Sequence record: MT811961.1
Direction: 5' to 3' (one strand)
DNA: 64,000 nt
Shown: positions 36,185-45,996 of the stretch, piece by piece
Numbering within the stretch: the first letter of the stretch is position 1
Layout: each line of letters starts with the position of its first letter
Translations under genes and position numbers: made by a program
The notes under the pieces: generated by a model
The model's database searches: none
What the model was told of the DNA's origin: nothing
The model's input: the letters and a program-made list of their open reading frames with translations, nothing else

Positions 36185-37693
36185 GTGGTTAATAGCCATG
36201 GGTTCTTTGTATACCCCATTGGTGAAAAACAAGTAAACCTCATTCGTGGGTTCGCTGGTTCCGTAACCGAAGTCGAAGAAGTTAAAGATCCTCGTTCCGG
36301 CGTAATGAAACGTCAGGCAAAAGCCATCTATGCAACATGGAAACAAGACTTAACAGAGTTTGGTTTTCTTCGTGCTGACCTAGAACCTTTTCTAAGTCAC
36401 TGTGAGTTTGCTGGTTGGTCAAGGGATAACTTTAACATCAAGATGCGTCCTATGTATAAGCCGGTGGAAATTGAAAACCTCATGCGTGAGGAGTTCAAAC
36501 CAAGAGACAAGCAAAAGCCAGCCGTTGAGTTCCTATCTAAGATAGATGAGGTCAACCGTGTCATTGATGCGGCTACTGGTTTTGGTAAGTCTTTCCTCGG
36601 ACTTAATACTGCAATGAACTGCAAGCAACGCGCCGCCTTTATTATGGAACCTGGTCACATCAAGACCTGGTTAAACTCTATACCAGAACAAACCCATCTG
36701 AAGAAATCAGATATTGTTGTGGTACAGGGTTCGGCTAGTATACGTGCAGTTGTCGATTTGCAGAGAGCAGGACAGCTAGACTACAAGTTATTGTTTTTCA
36801 GTGCAACCACGCTTCGTAACTTCTATAAGACCTACGAAGAAATGATGGAATACGATTATGACTTCCCACCACAAGACTTATTTGAGTTCTTGGAAGTAGG
36901 TACGATTATTCGAGACGAAGTTCATGAGTCAATTCATAGTTTGGTTCGCCAAGTTATCTATACGCATGTACCTCGTGTAATATTCCTATCAGCAACACTG
37001 GTTTCAGATAATGCCTTTATTAACAAAGTGTATGAGCGGGTATTCCCTAAGAAGGATAGATGGAAGTCAGAAGACAACAAACACATCTGTGTGCGTTCAG
37101 TCCTCTATGACATGTACGATCCTAAGAACGTGATCAAGTTCAAGGGTTTCCGTGGATACTCTCATGTTAAGTACGAACAATCCATCATGAAGAAACCGAA
37201 GATACTTGAACAGTATCTGGATTTCTTAGCTGGCATGCTTCGCGGTTCTTTTATGAAGAACTATAAAGAAGGATGCAAGTTCTTGATGATTTGTTCTACA
37301 AAAGAAATGTGTCGTCTAGTAACCGAACGCTTCCGTCAGGAAGTTGGAGATCTAACCGTTGGGTGTTATATCCACGGTGCGAAGGATGAGGAGCTCTATG
37401 AGCGTGATATTATTGTTAGTACACCTAAGGGCGCAGGTACGGGCGTAGACATCCCTAACCTCTCTGTAGGCTGGCTAACAGTAGGTCTAAGTTCTACTCA
37501 GCTGTCTCGTCAAATTATGGGTCGTTTGCGACCAATCAAACGTTATCCAGACAGAGATCCAGTTTTCTGTTATCTAACGAACAAGCGCATTAGTGCTCAT
37601 CGTATCTATGATAACAAGCGACGCCAAGACGTTCGATTTAGAAGTAAAGATTTCAAGGCCATCGAAACTGGCTTTATACTAAAGGCAGCCTAG
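36185..37693 (+). CDS. SF2 DEAD/DEAH-like helicase (phiKZ gp75-like)
   Basis: AATGFGKS, DEVH, SAT, GTGVDIPNL, QIMGRLR. The start may lie a few codons upstream. Confidence 0.9.
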   Translation: MVNSHGFFVYPIGEKQVNLIRGFAGSVTEVEEVKDPRSGVMKRQAKAIYATWKQDLTEFGFLRADLEPFLSHCEFAGWSRDNFNIKMRPMYKPVEIENLMREEFKPRDKQKPAVEFLSKIDEVNRVIDAATGFGKSFLGLNTAMNCKQRAAFIMEPGHIKTWLNSIPEQTHLKKSDIVVVQGSASIRAVVDLQRAGQLDYKLLFFSATTLRNFYKTYEEMMEYDYDFPPQDLFEFLEVGTIIRDEVHESIHSLVRQVIYTHVPRVIFLSATLVSDNAFINKVYERVFPKKDRWKSEDNKHICVRSVLYDMYDPKNVIKFKGFRGYSHVKYEQSIMKKPKILEQYLDFLAGMLRGSFMKNYKEGCKFLMICSTKEMCRLVTERFRQEVGDLTVGCYIHGAKDEELYERDIIVSTPKGAGTGVDIPNLSVGWLTVGLSSTQLSRQIMGRLRPIKRYPDRDPVFCYLTNKRISAHRIYDNKRRQDVRFRSKDFKAIETGFILKAA

Positions 37694-37704
37694 GTAACTA
37701 GGCT

Positions 37705-37717
37705 GTCTAATCTTATG
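37705..37717 (+). promoter_or_regulatory. Class II promoter for the ClpP-like pair
   Basis: gtctaatcttatg directly after the hairpin at 37686-37706. Confidence 0.5.
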
Positions 37718-37753
37718 GCCATTATTTTTTTTTTGATCAAAAAGGAACATTCC

Positions 37754-38239
37754 ATGTATAAAACTTCAACCCTATCGGTCCAAGGACTGATGACAGAGTT
37801 GATGCGTTTCACCGAGCAGGGTATGACAGGTCCTTTCGTAGTCTGTGTCTATGATGCCCTGTACAACCCACACGATGCTTTAGCAGCTAAGAACATTATC
37901 GAGATGTTCCCAAATGTTGATATTCGTGTAGCCATCATGGCAGGTAATACTTCTGGCGCTTTGTTGATTGCAGCAGCTGTAGAAGAAGATAAACGTTACC
38001 TGACATCACAAGGTGTTTTCGCATTCACAAGTCCAGACTTTGTTGGACATGGTGCTTACAAAGATCTTAACAATGCAGCTGTAGCTCAAACTGAGTTGCG
38101 TGAGCGCATGAACCAGATCTTGGATAAAGCATTTAACCTACCTCGTACTTCAGAAGAAATGCACAAAGAAAAAGAACTTCCTCGTGCACCCGAAGTAATG
38201 AAGTTTGGTTTCCGTCCACTAGAGGAGCTAACCGCATGA
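37754..38239 (+). CDS. ClpP-fold protein, probably catalytically inactive (ClpR-like)
   Basis: Aligns by eye to ClpP (AGNTSGA, KRY, FVGHGAYKDL...RERMNQIL, PEVMKFG). The catalytic His position reads Thr and the Asp position reads Glu. Confidence 0.6.
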   Translation: MYKTSTLSVQGLMTELMRFTEQGMTGPFVVCVYDALYNPHDALAAKNIIEMFPNVDIRVAIMAGNTSGALLIAAAVEEDKRYLTSQGVFAFTSPDFVGHGAYKDLNNAAVAQTELRERMNQILDKAFNLPRTSEEMHKEKELPRAPEVMKFGFRPLEELTA

Positions 38240-38730
38240 TCAATACAGAACGCACAGTGTTCTTGACCTGCGGAGTAGACATGGGCATTGGCAAAGAAGT
38301 CATCAAGCGTCTAGAAGCACTGGAGCAGGAAAGTCAAGAACCTATTCTTTTAGTTATTAGTACCTATGGTGGCTGTTGTCGTACAATGCTTGCAGTCCGC
38401 GATGCAATGAAACGTAACCGCTGTGTAATTAATGTTCTTGCCATTGGCAAGGCAATGTCTGCTGGCTGTTATCTATTGGTGGCTGGTGCAGCTACAGGTA
38501 AACGCGCCATTACTCGTGATTGTCAGATGATGATCCATGGTCCTAATGGTGGTGCTGAACTTACCGAGAAAGGTCTAGGTAACATGCGCTACTACTATGA
38601 GATCGTTTATGACCACTTCGCAGAAGACGCAGGATTTACAAAGGAAGAGATGGACAAGTATCTCGACCGTGATTTTTACTGTATGGGTGACAAAGCTGTT
38701 GAGCTTGGTTTCGCCGATTATGTAATATAA
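38236..38730 (+). CDS. clpP: ClpP-like serine protease with intact triad
   Basis: ISTYGG, GKAMSAG (Ser), MMIHGP (His), DRDFY (Asp), AVELGFAD. Confidence 0.85.
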   Translation: MINTERTVFLTCGVDMGIGKEVIKRLEALEQESQEPILLVISTYGGCCRTMLAVRDAMKRNRCVINVLAIGKAMSAGCYLLVAGAATGKRAITRDCQMMIHGPNGGAELTEKGLGNMRYYYEIVYDHFAEDAGFTKEEMDKYLDRDFYCMGDKAVELGFADYVI

Positions 38731-38736
38731 TAATAC

Positions 38737-38764
38737 CTACCTCCTCCCACACGGGAGGAGGTAG
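38737..38764. terminator. Bidirectional terminator
   Basis: ctacctcctccc-acac-gggaggaggtag. Confidence 0.8.
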
Positions 38765-38768
38765 TATA

Positions 38769-39125
38769 TTAACTTTTTTCTTTGCTTTCTTTTATCTTTG
38801 TTATCGCATCTTGAACCGATGCTTCTAACTCTTGAGTACGTTCGGCTTCCTCTATGTTGAGTTCCTCGACCATATTCATAAGATAATCATAAAAGCCTAA
38901 GTCTAGGGCAAGTATGTCCTTAAGCCCCATTTGAGCTTTTTCACAGACACCTGACCGGAGTATTCTCTTGATCTGGTGTTTGAGTATCGTATCGCGTTCC
39001 TTCGTCTGGTGGTGGGTTACAGACTGTATCGGGTTGTAATAACGATCGTTACTGTAGTCAACATAACCCATTTCATGTTCGGCAATAATCTTACCAATAA
39101 AAGCATCCGATGCCTTGCCTGTCAT
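38769..39125 (-). CDS. Conserved hypothetical protein, 118 aa
   Basis: Downstream of the Zn-knuckle gene in the core block. Confidence 0.6.
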   Translation of the reverse strand: MTGKASDAFIGKIIAEHEMGYVDYSNDRYYNPIQSVTHHQTKERDTILKHQIKRILRSGVCEKAQMGLKDILALDLGFYDYLMNMVEELNIEEAERTQELEASVQDAITKIKESKEKS

Positions 39126-39202
39126 CTCTATTTGTAATAGTCGATTAACAATGTTTTGGGCTGTACCCGCGGGTGGTACATAACGGATGCTCTTAGGGGT
39201 AT

Positions 39203-40672
39203 TTAAATCGTCGACTGATAAGCTCGGACCACCAGGATACTGAAAAAATAAGCACTCATTGAAATAGGAATGAGGTTAATCTTTTCTTCGCCATCTGGTT
39301 GTGTCTTCTTACAAGAAGGACATGTCCAGTTAGGAATAGCACAAAGACCATGAATCTGTGACTTGGTGAACTTACGAATGTCGTTCTTCACACGTTCCGC
39401 TAACTGGCGATCTTCCGCAAGAATAGCAAGAGCAGACTCAACATCTTCACGACTGTCAGTATAAGCACCGTTCATACTTACACGTTCAATCCAACACATC
39501 TGGCGCTGAGTCATAACTTGACGTACGCGACTAACGATATGTTCATTACGCTGAGTAGCTTCTTCTTTCTTGTTTGCACTAGGAGAAGTTAAGCTCTCTG
39601 CAACATCAACAACGTTAGCAATCCAAGTAAGACCTTCGGCTTTGTATTGAAGGTAAGAAGGAGTCTTGCCACGCAGACGAATCTTCGTAGGACCGAAGTC
39701 ATAAGTACCGATAACCAAAGAGGAGTTATTGAAGTTCAATAGTTTCTCTTGATAATCTTTTACTTCTTCTAGTGTAACTTTCTCTTTGCGCAAGAAACGT
39801 TTCTGCTCTGCACCAAAGCGATGAGGAAGAAGAATCATTGTACGCATGAAGTTAAGCTTAGACAACTCATCAAGCTTGTTTTCTGGCGGAAGAGTAATGT
39901 AATCACACTTCTTCTCATTAGAAAGTTTGTTCTTGCAGTCCTGGATAAGTGGGTAACCATCCGGATACATCGCATCTAGGGCTAGACCCATAAGACGTTC
40001 GGTGTCGGTAACAACTAAAGCTTCTTCTAGTGTTGCACGATCTTGCCAGCCTTGTAGGTTTGAATCAAGAACATGATCTAGAATGAAGTCAATGATCACT
40101 GTGCGGATATGGACGTCATCTGTAGAGAACAAGATAGAGTTCGTTGCAATACCGATGTTGTCTCGTGCATCTTTTAGCTTAGATGCAGTACGGAAACATT
40201 TCTCGGAATCAAAGTCACCAATCTTTAACCAGAAACCAGAAGAGTACATGTAGTCTTCCGCATGACCACCATTCTTTGTCGCTGCACGAAGAGCTTGTAG
40301 GAAAGCATTGCCAAGTACTTGGCCTTCGTCATGTAGAACAGGAGTAAGACGTTTAGGCTTGATTACTTCGCCATCTACTTCAAGAGACTGTGCTAGCTGT
40401 TCTGGATCCGAAACGATGTCTGTATAGTTTTCAGACTCTTGCCAGAACGCTTGGTTTTCCGCAGCATTGATCATGCGGAAACGTTCTACTTGCTTCTCGT
40501 TTGGTTTACGTGTGCCAGAAGCCTCTACTTCTTTGTAGAGGGCTGTCTTTTGTTCAGTGAGGTTAAGTTGTTCCCCCGGTGCACGCAGAGGGAAATCTTT
40601 GTTTTTGATTTCTTCGTCCTGCTTGTATTGGGAGAGAGGCAAACGAAGATTCGGTTTGTTATCATTTTCCAT
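39203..40672 (-). CDS. Conserved phiKZ-like protein with CxxC knuckle (possible baseplate hub assembly factor)
   Basis: 489 aa with WTCPSCKK near the C-terminus. Function is tentative. Confidence 0.6.
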   Translation of the reverse strand: MENDNKPNLRLPLSQYKQDEEIKNKDFPLRAPGEQLNLTEQKTALYKEVEASGTRKPNEKQVERFRMINAAENQAFWQESENYTDIVSDPEQLAQSLEVDGEVIKPKRLTPVLHDEGQVLGNAFLQALRAATKNGGHAEDYMYSSGFWLKIGDFDSEKCFRTASKLKDARDNIGIATNSILFSTDDVHIRTVIIDFILDHVLDSNLQGWQDRATLEEALVVTDTERLMGLALDAMYPDGYPLIQDCKNKLSNEKKCDYITLPPENKLDELSKLNFMRTMILLPHRFGAEQKRFLRKEKVTLEEVKDYQEKLLNFNNSSLVIGTYDFGPTKIRLRGKTPSYLQYKAEGLTWIANVVDVAESLTSPSANKKEEATQRNEHIVSRVRQVMTQRQMCWIERVSMNGAYTDSREDVESALAILAEDRQLAERVKNDIRKFTKSQIHGLCAIPNWTCPSCKKTQPDGEEKINLIPISMSAYFFSILVVRAYQSTI

Positions 40673-41010
40673 TATTGAAATGACTCCATGGTTTTCACAA
40701 TTTCACCAATCGCCAATGTATGGAACGAATGAATCGCATAAGCGACTGGCATTTGATCGGCAGTTAAAGGGGTGTTAACAACAAGCAGATGATTTTTATC
40801 TGCCATGTACTTGTTTACTTGATCTTCAATCAAGGCAAGTTGGTGCAGACAGTTATCGGCACGTTGTTTGATTTGTGTCTGCTGACTAGCAGCGGCATTG
40901 ATACCTACTTGCAATAGGGCAGTTTTGACTTCTTCAAAAGCAGTAGAAAAAGCTTGACGGACTTCGATGCAGTCGTTCCACGTAAGTGGATTTTGTTGGT
41001 CGTTAGACAT
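40672..41010 (-). CDS. Hypothetical protein, 112 aa
   Basis: SD ggag, 1-nt overlap with the downstream gene. Confidence 0.7.
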   Translation of the reverse strand: MSNDQQNPLTWNDCIEVRQAFSTAFEEVKTALLQVGINAAASQQTQIKQRADNCLHQLALIEDQVNKYMADKNHLLVVNTPLTADQMPVAYAIHSFHTLAIGEIVKTMESFQ

Positions 41011-41125
41011 GAGGGCGTTCTCCGAGTTTATTCTTCTTTATTACTAGGTTTAATCGTCATACCATTTTTGCCCCCTGTCTTTAATGATTCAGCGGCTAAA
41101 TCTAATAGAGACAAGGAGAAACCCC

Positions 41126-41947
41126 ATGATTGACATTATCGCTCTTTATGATGGTATCCTTCCTCCTGCCGATATTGAAGCTATGGTGCATACAGAACAA
41201 CTGTTTGACCATTTTACCTATGCTGCTCATGAGCTGTCTGTAATCGAACTGATGGCCGTCAGAGCCTTCGAGAACGACGACAAGGCTCAACAAACATATG
41301 GTGTCTATTATGCACATGCACTTAAGTTGATTAACTTATTTGGTGTACATACGGCGGAAGGGCTGGATGCTCCACTTACACTCAAAAACCTAAATGTCCT
41401 TTTAGAAGGCCTTAGTGTTATGGACGATCCAGACAACCTGGATGTTCTACAAAGTTTCGTTACAGATGAAACAGAAACCGAAGAAGTGCTCTTGGCAAAA
41501 ATGATCGCCGAACTAACAGAGTCTACCTTTGGTGAAATCGTTGAATGGATCGGTCAAGTAGACCCAGCCCTATTCGACAAGATGATTGAGATTGCTGAAG
41601 AAGACAGTGTAGAATTCGATATCATCTCCCGTGGTCGAGTTATTCGTGATCGTTATCTGAGCTTCATGCAAGATCAGAAATCTGGTCCTGTTTATGAGTT
41701 TGTTACTCGTGTAACAGAACTACCGGTAACTCGTGCGGCTGTTTATGAAGCAATTGCAGAGGCCCTACTGGAAATTAACAATGCCTCTCTTCTAGCAATC
41801 GAACTTGTCGCTGCTGAAATCATTAGTGGTACAAAAGATGACATGTTGGAAGTTAATGCTCGAGCAGCTCGTTTGAATTTGCTTCCGCACCAAGAACTAG
41901 TAGACCGCTATATCGGTGAAGTAGTTGAGGAGTTTACACGTGAATAA
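41126..41947 (+). CDS. Conserved acidic virion protein (phiKZ gp79 position)
   Basis: SD aaggag plus ATG 41126, directly upstream of the vRNAP subunit. Confidence 0.65.
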   Translation: MIDIIALYDGILPPADIEAMVHTEQLFDHFTYAAHELSVIELMAVRAFENDDKAQQTYGVYYAHALKLINLFGVHTAEGLDAPLTLKNLNVLLEGLSVMDDPDNLDVLQSFVTDETETEEVLLAKMIAELTESTFGEIVEWIGQVDPALFDKMIEIAEEDSVEFDIISRGRVIRDRYLSFMQDQKSGPVYEFVTRVTELPVTRAAVYEAIAEALLEINNASLLAIELVAAEIISGTKDDMLEVNARAARLNLLPHQELVDRYIGEVVEEFTRE

Positions 41948-43211
41948 ACGACAATTCTTCATTGATTGCATAAAGCTAGAGATGTACTGTAGTCGTATCT
42001 GGTGCTTGCGTTCTACTGCTCTTCCTAAAGACATGGTTGAGCATACTGAGCGTAACATGCCGAATAACGATGGTAAGCGCTGGTACTTCTATAATGACGA
42101 AAACGAACTCGTTGTTATCGAGGGTGCTGATCCTAAAGCTCCGTTGTTTGGTCGCGAAGAAAAGATGACGCTTAGCGAAGGTGAATTCCCTGGCGTTAAG
42201 GGTACGATCAATACGGCATATAGCCAAGCACTTATCAATGCTATTCTTTTTGTATGGCCATTCGAAGCAGTTCTGCCTTATGTACAGGGTAGAGTAAACG
42301 GCAAGGCAGTCGACAAGATCGTTGCCGAGCTTGCAGAGAAAGGCACGATTACTGTAGAAGAGTATCGTCGCCGTTGGCATAAAGCATGTGGCCATATTAA
42401 AGCATTTACACAGACACAAGTAACTGCTGCAACTCCTCGTTCTATTTCGCCTTCTCCAGAAGCACTGAAGAAACGTGAAGAACTATTGAAGAAGTATGCG
42501 GGCAAGCTTGATGATCCAGCAGTACTTGCTGAAATCGACCAAACAATCTCTGCGATTGACCGTGAGTTTATCAAAGGCGATGAATCAGAACGATTCTTCT
42601 TGAAGGGTAAACAGATCGATACGGTACGTAAGAAACTGTTCCATATTCAAGGTGGTGTTCCTCGTCTAGATGACCCGACTCGTATGGACCTGCTAGCTAA
42701 CTCTCTGGACGAAGGTATGACTCCGGACAACATGCCAGCTGCGGTAAACAACTTACGTTCAGGTTCTTATGGTCGTGCAAAAGATACGGCACTGGGTGGC
42801 GAGGCTGCTAAGTTCGCAACTCGTGCATTCCAGAACGTGCGTATTCCATCAGAAGATTGCGGTACCCAAATCGGTGAGCCTACAATCATCACTTCTGACC
42901 ACGTAGATGAATTAACTGGGATGTTCTTGGTTGGTGAAGATGAACCATTGACCGAGGCACGCATCAAGAAACTCATTGGCAAGAACGTTTATGTTCGTGT
43001 CCCTGCTACCTGTAAAGAACCACAACGTAACTACTGTCGTCGTTGTGTTGGTACTCGCATTGCAGATTCCGGTATCGGTATCGGTGCGTTGATGAACCAA
43101 ACAGGTAACGTATTCATGTCAGTATCCCTGGCAGCTTTCCACGGCTCTTCTCTAAAGACCACTCGCTTAACACGCGAAAAAGGCTTCAAGAAGATCTACC
43201 GTGTTATGTAA
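41940..43211 (+). CDS. Virion RNA polymerase beta'-like subunit (phiKZ gp80-like)
   Basis: RSGSYGRAKDTALGGEAAK, EDCGT, CRRCVG, LAAFHG. GTG start with SD gaggag. Confidence 0.85.
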   Translation: MNKRQFFIDCIKLEMYCSRIWCLRSTALPKDMVEHTERNMPNNDGKRWYFYNDENELVVIEGADPKAPLFGREEKMTLSEGEFPGVKGTINTAYSQALINAILFVWPFEAVLPYVQGRVNGKAVDKIVAELAEKGTITVEEYRRRWHKACGHIKAFTQTQVTAATPRSISPSPEALKKREELLKKYAGKLDDPAVLAEIDQTISAIDREFIKGDESERFFLKGKQIDTVRKKLFHIQGGVPRLDDPTRMDLLANSLDEGMTPDNMPAAVNNLRSGSYGRAKDTALGGEAAKFATRAFQNVRIPSEDCGTQIGEPTIITSDHVDELTGMFLVGEDEPLTEARIKKLIGKNVYVRVPATCKEPQRNYCRRCVGTRIADSGIGIGALMNQTGNVFMSVSLAAFHGSSLKTTRLTREKGFKKIYRVM

Positions 43212-43236
43212 TCTATAACCAAAAGGAAATTGTCTC

Positions 43237-43911
43237 ATGACAACCCAAAAACAACAAAAGCAACAAAAGCAACAGAAAAACCAACAGCCACGCGGTATGC
43301 AAGCAAAAGTCACTGCAATCGACGAAGCAGGCTTTGTACCAGAAGTAGAAGTTGGTGATACTGTTGCAGTAATGGAGCAAAGCGGTGAGCTTATTGAAGG
43401 TACTGTTGTTGAACAACCTGGTGGCGAAATCGAAGTTCTAGCAGAAGACGGCGAAGTACTTGCTTCTTCTGAATTTGAACCAGAAGAAAACCATCCAGTA
43501 ATCGAAGAGATGATCGAGTACGTTAAAGTGATGGGTCCACAACGTGCACCTACACAAGCAGAACAAACTTCTGCGCTACAACGTATCGAGTCTGTATTCG
43601 AAGTACTATTCAACGAAGCGAAAGGCTTTGAAGTAGCATCTGAAGTATTCCTAACAGCGATTACTTACGGTCGTGCTAATCCTAAGACTTTTCGTGCTGA
43701 CCGTGTACTACGTGGCCTATGGCATACTTACCCTGGCAACATCGAACGTCAGCGTGAAGTACAAGCTTATGCAACTGTGTTTGCACAAGTAATGGAGAAG
43801 GGCCCCAAAGCTCGCTTCCAGCGTGGTAACCTTGTATTGATGCTCGGTGAAGAACGTGTAGAACGTCTACATAAACTTCTAAGCAACGCAATGAACATCC
43901 GCATCGCCTAA
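43237..43911 (+). CDS. Highly expressed hypothetical protein with KQQ-repeat N-terminus
   Basis: 224 aa, biased codons, UUCG terminator at 43921-43944. Confidence 0.7.
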   Translation: MTTQKQQKQQKQQKNQQPRGMQAKVTAIDEAGFVPEVEVGDTVAVMEQSGELIEGTVVEQPGGEIEVLAEDGEVLASSEFEPEENHPVIEEMIEYVKVMGPQRAPTQAEQTSALQRIESVFEVLFNEAKGFEVASEVFLTAITYGRANPKTFRADRVLRGLWHTYPGNIERQREVQAYATVFAQVMEKGPKARFQRGNLVLMLGEERVERLHKLLSNAMNIRIA

Positions 43912-43961
43912 TCTAACATTGCCTCTTCCCTTCGGGGAAGAGGTGTGTTTTTGGAGTTTTT

Positions 43962-44357
43962 ATGATTATGACTATTTTAGGCTGGTTCAAAACAAAAGCC
44001 GGTATTTCTAATTTGTTGATCTATATCCTTATCGGTGCCATGGCATTCGGTTTCTATATGGACTGGAAGGCAAAAGTAGAAAAGGCAATTATCTTAGAAC
44101 AAGCAAACAAAGCGTTAACTGACCAACTCAGCAAGACAACGGATCTAATCCTACTTGAACGTGAAGTCGGTTTACGCTTACAAACCTCATGGGGAGAAGT
44201 AGCAGCTGCCCGTAAAGAGGCCACCCGTATTATAGAGGAAACAAAAGATGAAGAAGGTAATGTTGATCGCACTGCTGTTGCTCGTCTCCTGTGCAAGCGT
44301 GGACTCGCCGATAAGCGAGCCTGTGAAAGAACCCTTGCCACAGAGTCTATTGAGTGA
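43962..44357 (+). CDS. i-spanin (Rz-like)
   Basis: N-terminal TM helix plus coiled coil and C-terminal Cys residues. Overlaps the lipoprotein gene. Confidence 0.75.
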   Translation: MIMTILGWFKTKAGISNLLIYILIGAMAFGFYMDWKAKVEKAIILEQANKALTDQLSKTTDLILLEREVGLRLQTSWGEVAAARKEATRIIEETKDEEGNVDRTAVARLLCKRGLADKRACERTLATESIE

Positions 44358-44538
44358 CATCGACACACCACAGGCCAAGGGCTTCGAATATGAAGATATC
44401 CTTAATTGGGCTTTTGATCTTGTGGAAGCAATAGATCGAAAACGATGTGAGTTATATCAAGCCAGACGTTTGAATTCTCCCGACTCAGAAGAGGTCGAAC
44501 CCGCGGTCTGTAAGGCGAATAAGCCTTTAGACAAATAA
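44248..44538 (+). CDS. o-spanin lipoprotein (Rz1-like)
   Basis: Signal peptide MKKVMLIALLLLVS-C with lipobox. Starts in another frame inside the i-spanin. Confidence 0.8.
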   Translation: MKKVMLIALLLLVSCASVDSPISEPVKEPLPQSLLSDIDTPQAKGFEYEDILNWAFDLVEAIDRKRCELYQARRLNSPDSEEVEPAVCKANKPLDK

Positions 44539-44599
44539 TTTGAATATATTCAAACCCCCGAAAAATTTTCGGAAAAAACGTTTTTAGGAGAATTATCCA

Positions 44600-45946
44600 A
44601 TGGATATCCAACTATCTGAACTTGCTTTTGAAAAAGAGCTTCTTTCTATGACACATGATCTAGAAAGAGCAATGACTTTCGCTGAGAACCTACGTCGCGT
44701 AGAAGAGTTTACTTTGACGGCAGCTCCAACCAAATCAAACTTGGCAATCGCTGAGAAAATGATTGATGGTGTAAACGAAGTACTTGGCGGCCATGCCTTA
44801 ACTTTTGACAAAGGCGAATACATGCGTCGCATGCACGGACTAGACTCTGAAGGTCTTAAGGACTTCGGCTCTCGTGTTTACCGCGCTATTGCTGATTTGA
44901 TTCGTCGTATTTACAATATCATCCGTGGTATCTTCAAGAACGATGCGAAGAAGACAGAACAGCGCCAGAAAAAACAAGCAGATGCTTTGGTTATTTTCGA
45001 TGAAATGCTTGAGCTGTCTGACAAGTACATCAAAGAAACCGGTCTAGAAGAAGGCAAGGCCTTGTCCGCGGAACAAGTCTCTGCTATTCCAGAGGGATTG
45101 AAGATTGCTATCTATGGCGATCGTGATCAAAAGTCATTCCGTCCAATCACGTCTACTACTATTGCAAACAACATCCTTAAGGCACATGATCTCCGTGCAC
45201 TTGCACGCCAAGCCAGTCTTTTGACTTTGGAGCGTGAAGTATCAGACATCATTCCTCGTGTACGCAAAGAACTAAATGTATTGACCGATATTGCCAACTG
45301 TGGCAGTAACGAAGATGTGTTTAACTTCTTGCGTAAGGTTGTTGCAATCCGTACAGAGCGCGATATGATGGATGCACTGAATCATCTGGATACAGCCGGT
45401 AAGGAATATCATGTCAAGCTAGCAGAGGCTTTGAAGAAACATGGCGTTTCAAGAAAATACCCTATTGTTATCGGACATTCGGATGTTCGTGTTTCTACGA
45501 ACAAGATTAAAGCGATTCCTATCCATACAGGTAAGCTGGCGCAGTCTCCGAAGAAAACAACTAATGGTAAGATCAACGGCGTCTTTAGTCGTGCCCATCT
45601 TGAAGAGTTGGTTATTGTGAGCTCGGATATCCTTCAGTTAAAAGAGAAGTTCAATACAATCGTTAACCAATACAACGAAGAACTGGCCGCTTACAGTGGT
45701 GAAAACGCGAAGCCTATCCAAGAAGGCGATCTCGGCATCATGCAGGCCGAAGTTGCACCGGCACTAAAAGACGGTAAGAAACGTCTAGTCGGCATTCCAG
45801 TCAAGATTGCAGAAATCCTTCGCAGTGAAATGGACCTATTCCGAAACATCGCAAGTGGGTTGGATGCACTACACGCTGACGTGTCTTCAGACATTGTTGC
45901 GATCACAGCAGTAGATGCTGTTATGGCTGACAAACCAGCGAAGTAA
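44600..45946 (+). CDS. Inner-head/ejection protein paralog
   Basis: Acidic propeptide ending LDSE, then amphipathic helix AIADLIRRIYNIIRGIF. Confidence 0.65.
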   Translation: MDIQLSELAFEKELLSMTHDLERAMTFAENLRRVEEFTLTAAPTKSNLAIAEKMIDGVNEVLGGHALTFDKGEYMRRMHGLDSEGLKDFGSRVYRAIADLIRRIYNIIRGIFKNDAKKTEQRQKKQADALVIFDEMLELSDKYIKETGLEEGKALSAEQVSAIPEGLKIAIYGDRDQKSFRPITSTTIANNILKAHDLRALARQASLLTLEREVSDIIPRVRKELNVLTDIANCGSNEDVFNFLRKVVAIRTERDMMDALNHLDTAGKEYHVKLAEALKKHGVSRKYPIVIGHSDVRVSTNKIKAIPIHTGKLAQSPKKTTNGKINGVFSRAHLEELVIVSSDILQLKEKFNTIVNQYNEELAAYSGENAKPIQEGDLGIMQAEVAPALKDGKKRLVGIPVKIAEILRSEMDLFRNIASGLDALHADVSSDIVAITAVDAVMADKPAK

Positions 45947-45959
45947 AAAAAAAAATAAG

Positions 45960-45989
45960 TATCCTCTCTCCCGTTTGGGAGAGAGGATA
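45960..45989. terminator. Bidirectional terminator
   Basis: tatcctctctccc-gttt-gggagagaggata. Confidence 0.85.
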
Positions 45990-45996
45990 CTATTAT

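Noticed and set aside
16386-37693. Genome-wide TAG reassignment as the explanation for the HNH amber codon
   Set aside because: Chimallin, the beta subunit and the helicase end properly at TAG followed by terminators or new genes, and long ORFs are intact in the standard code.
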